Shown one piece after another: positions 24,932 to 27,036 of a DNA stretch of 27,036 nt (the stretch's first letter is position 1; each line of letters starts with the position of its first letter). The DNA lies in the IMG/VR virus record IMGVR_UViG_3300033149_002739, positions 1-27,036 of that record. One strand, given 5' to 3'. The notes beneath the pieces are model-generated. The model worked only from the letters and a program-made list of their open reading frames with translations. It was not told where the DNA came from and ran no database searches. A program made the translations under genes and the position numbers. Source of the stretch: a virus. Taxonomy: Duplodnaviria; Caudoviricetes.

Positions 24932-26194
24932 CTACTCCTTCTTACGAGCCGACTTACGCGTACGCCTCTTGTCCAGAGCGGCGGTCTTTCTCGCTGCCCG
25001 CTTCGCCGGTGGCGGAACGGGCTCAGGCTCGGGCTCTGCCTCTATCTTCGGGGCTTCCTTGCGGTACTTCTCAAGCGGTCTGACGAAGCCGCTGTCGTCG
25101 TACGCACGGTCGGGCGGGAGCGGCCAGTGGTGAGCCGCCATAGCCTGCCAATACGTCACGATGTCGGGGTTCTCCCGAGCGAGCTTGAGGAGTTTATCCT
25201 CCCCCTGAGCACGCACCGGGTTGATGATGAGGTTCCCGTTGCCGCCTACCTCCCCCGTCGCCGACGCTGTCGCGTACCAGCTGCCGGAACTGGTGATGGC
25301 CGGCGTGCCCTTCAGAAAGCCGAACAACGTCGCGGCTTCGTCGTAGCCCAGCGCTCCATGAAGCACGAGGTCTATCTCGCGCATCGCCGGGGCGATCTTG
25401 TTCTTCTTCGACGTGACGCGCGTAACGATGCCGATAATCTCTTCGCGCTCGTCCTTGAGCCAGCCGATGCGCTTCATCTCAAGCCGTACGCTCGCGTGGA
25501 ACTTGATGCCACCCCCACCCGGCGTCGTCTTCGGTGTTGCCCTGCGGCTCGCACCGGGCATAGTTGCAGCCTTGATGTCGACGAAGCTCTGATTGACGAA
25601 GCAAATGTGCGTCCGGCACTTGTGCAGCTCCAGCGTCAAGTCCCGCATCGCCTCCCGGATCACGCGAGCGGCCTTGCTTATGCCGTCGCCGTAGCTGTCG
25701 CCTTCCTTCTCTGCTTCCGTAGGAGCGGAACCGATGGTGTCCCACACGATGAGAACCGGGAGGCCCTTGAGGTCGGCATCGTCGCCGATCGCGGCGAGCG
25801 TCTCACGTATGACCTCGAAGCCCTTCTCCAGCGTCGGAGGCCCGTAGATCATCATGCGGTCGAGGTCGACGCCGAGCCGCTCCGCGCGGTACTTGTCGAT
25901 GGCGGATTCGCTCTCCAACCACACGACGACGCCACCAAGGCGCTGCATCTGCGCCACGTAAAGAAGAAGGAGGGTCGTCTTCCCCTCGCTCTCTTTGAGA
26001 GAGTAGACCTCCGAGCACCTCCCGATGGGGAGGCCCCCACCGGTGAGGTAGTCGAGAATGGTGATGCCGGACGGAAGCCAACCCCACACGTCCCCGACTC
26101 CGAAGTCGGAGGCGACCGTGGGGAGTCCCGCCCCCACGATCTTACGCTTGATGAGGTACTTCGCCGTCCTCATCACGACGTCGCGGATAGCCAT
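24932..26194 (-). CDS. recA: RecA/UvsX recombinase
   Basis: PSG...LD..TGGGLPIGR, ESEGKTT, LESESAID, LIVWDTIG, FVNQ, TTPGGGGIKFHASVRL, KNKIAPA. ATG at 26194 in TGATG overlap. Confidence 0.95.
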   Translation of the reverse strand: MAIRDVVMRTAKYLIKRKIVGAGLPTVASDFGVGDVWGWLPSGITILDYLTGGGLPIGRCSEVYSLKESEGKTTLLLLYVAQMQRLGGVVVWLESESAIDKYRAERLGVDLDRMMIYGPPTLEKGFEVIRETLAAIGDDADLKGLPVLIVWDTIGSAPTEAEKEGDSYGDGISKAARVIREAMRDLTLELHKCRTHICFVNQSFVDIKAATMPGASRRATPKTTPGGGGIKFHASVRLEMKRIGWLKDEREEIIGIVTRVTSKKNKIAPAMREIDLVLHGALGYDEAATLFGFLKGTPAITSSGSWYATASATGEVGGNGNLIINPVRAQGEDKLLKLARENPDIVTYWQAMAAHHWPLPPDRAYDDSGFVRPLEKYRKEAPKIEAEPEPEPVPPPAKRAARKTAALDKRRTRKSARKKE

Positions 26195-27036
26195 CAGCTC
26201 TCCTGCGACATCTCGCACGGAGTCGCGTACGAGCACGTCTCACACAGGTGAAGGCTCTCGCCGTTCTGCATCGATCCGTAGACGCGGTAGCACACCGGCT
26301 TGCCGGCGTTCGGCGCGTTGCCACCGATGACCGGGGGCGTGTTGCCAGCCCACACCTCGCTGAGCAGCTTCTGCTGACACGCGTCAACCTGCTCCGCGGG
26401 GATCACGACCACCTCCTCCGTGGCCTCAGGAGGAGGCGCAGCCTTCTTGCGCGTACTGCGCTTTTTGCGAGACGCCTTCTTTGCGGCCGGGGCCTTCGAC
26501 GCCGGAGGCGGAGCCGGGGGCGGCGACACCGGGGGCGGCGCTCCGACCACAGGAGGGGCGGACGGAGCGGGCGCCGGAACCGGTGCGGGTGCGGGCGGAG
26601 CCGACTGAGCGGGCGGCACCGGGGGCGGCGTGTTGCCGAAGAATGGCATCGACGACGGCGGCGCGTTCGGGTTCGCAGCAGCTGCCTGCGGGGGCGGCGG
26701 TGCGTTCGGGTTCGCAGCAGCTGCCGGAGCGGCCGGCGGAGGTGGCGGGATCGGCGGGGGAGCGTTCGGGTTCACAGCAGCCGGGGCCGGGGCCGGGGCC
26801 GGCGGAGCAGGCGGAGGTACGGGTGCCGGGTCCGGAGATGCGGCCGGCGGAGTCGTCGGGGGCACGTAGCCCGCCGGAACCGTCGACCCGACAGCCATCG
26901 ACATCGGCAGGGTCGCAGCCGCAGCGGCCGGAACCATCGCACCCGCGACCGGGGCTCCGACACCGCTTCCGGCGAGGTACTCCGCGCCGAACTTCGCCCG
27001 CACCTGAGCGGCGGCGTCGTCGTACTCCTTCGTGTT
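26194..27036 (-). CDS. C-terminal part of a Pro/Ala-rich protein, probably gp32-like single-stranded DNA-binding protein (5' end outside window)
   Basis: Frame is open to the window edge (NTKEYDDAAAQVRAKF...). Long Pro/Ala region, basic patch, terminal C..CxxC....C. The SSB call comes from its position upstream of recA only. Confidence 0.55.
   Translation of the reverse strand, partial: NTKEYDDAAAQVRAKFGAEYLAGSGVGAPVAGAMVPAAAAATLPMSMAVGSTVPAGYVPPTTPPAASPDPAPVPPPAPPAPAPAPAAVNPNAPPPIPPPPPAAPAAAANPNAPPPPQAAAANPNAPPSSMPFFGNTPPPVPPAQSAPPAPAPVPAPAPSAPPVVGAPPPVSPPPAPPPASKAPAAKKASRKKRSTRKKAAPPPEATEEVVVIPAEQVDACQQKLLSEVWAGNTPPVIGGNAPNAGKPVCYRVYGSMQNGESLHLCETCSYATPCEMSQES
26663..26781. repeat. Three-copy coding repeat (AAANPNA)
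   Basis: gcgttcgggttcgcagcagctgcc is identical at 26663-26686 and 26702-26725. A near copy lies at 26762-26781. Confidence 0.9.

Noticed and set aside
24893-26251. 452-aa plus-strand ORF antisense to recA (also 3249-4184, 5708-6676, 7272-8048 and similar)
   Set aside because: Shadow frames expected from high-GC codon bias. They show no recognisable motifs and overlap well-supported minus-strand genes.
26663-26781. 24-nt direct repeats as a possible mini CRISPR array
   Set aside because: In-frame coding repeats with unequal (15 and 36 nt), Pro-coding spacers and no cas genes.
1-27036. Alternative genetic code or stop-codon reassignment
   Set aside because: Recognisable genes are full length under the standard bacterial code, and TGA, TAG and TAA all terminate genes at sensible junctions.

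Overview
A 27-kb fragment of a large, high-GC, tailed dsDNA phage genome (Caudoviricetes-like, T4-type portal). About 30 genes all lie on the minus strand, mostly abutting or overlapping. In transcription order (right to left): partial Pro-rich SSB-like protein, RecA/UvsX, DUF932-like protein, small SH3-like protein, DinG helicase, 5'-3' exonuclease, SbcD/Mre11, three small ORFs, dNMP kinase, SbcC/Rad50, small ORF, putative PD-(D/E)xK nuclease, a hypothetical, a sigma-factor-like protein, a Mor-like activator, a TerS candidate, terminase large subunit with an HNH-carrying intein, portal, HU-like protein, head morphogenesis protein, class II ribonucleotide reductase, several hypotheticals, a DEDDh exonuclease and the start of a phage Dam-type methyltransferase. 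The strongest unexplained signal is an exactly spaced motif, GCGG-N14-GGCCGATTA(G/C), found three times upstream of DNA-metabolism genes. It is a candidate promoter class for the phage's own sigma-like/Mor-like gene pair. No tRNA, rRNA or CRISPR array was seen. All family calls come from reading motifs by eye, not from database searches.
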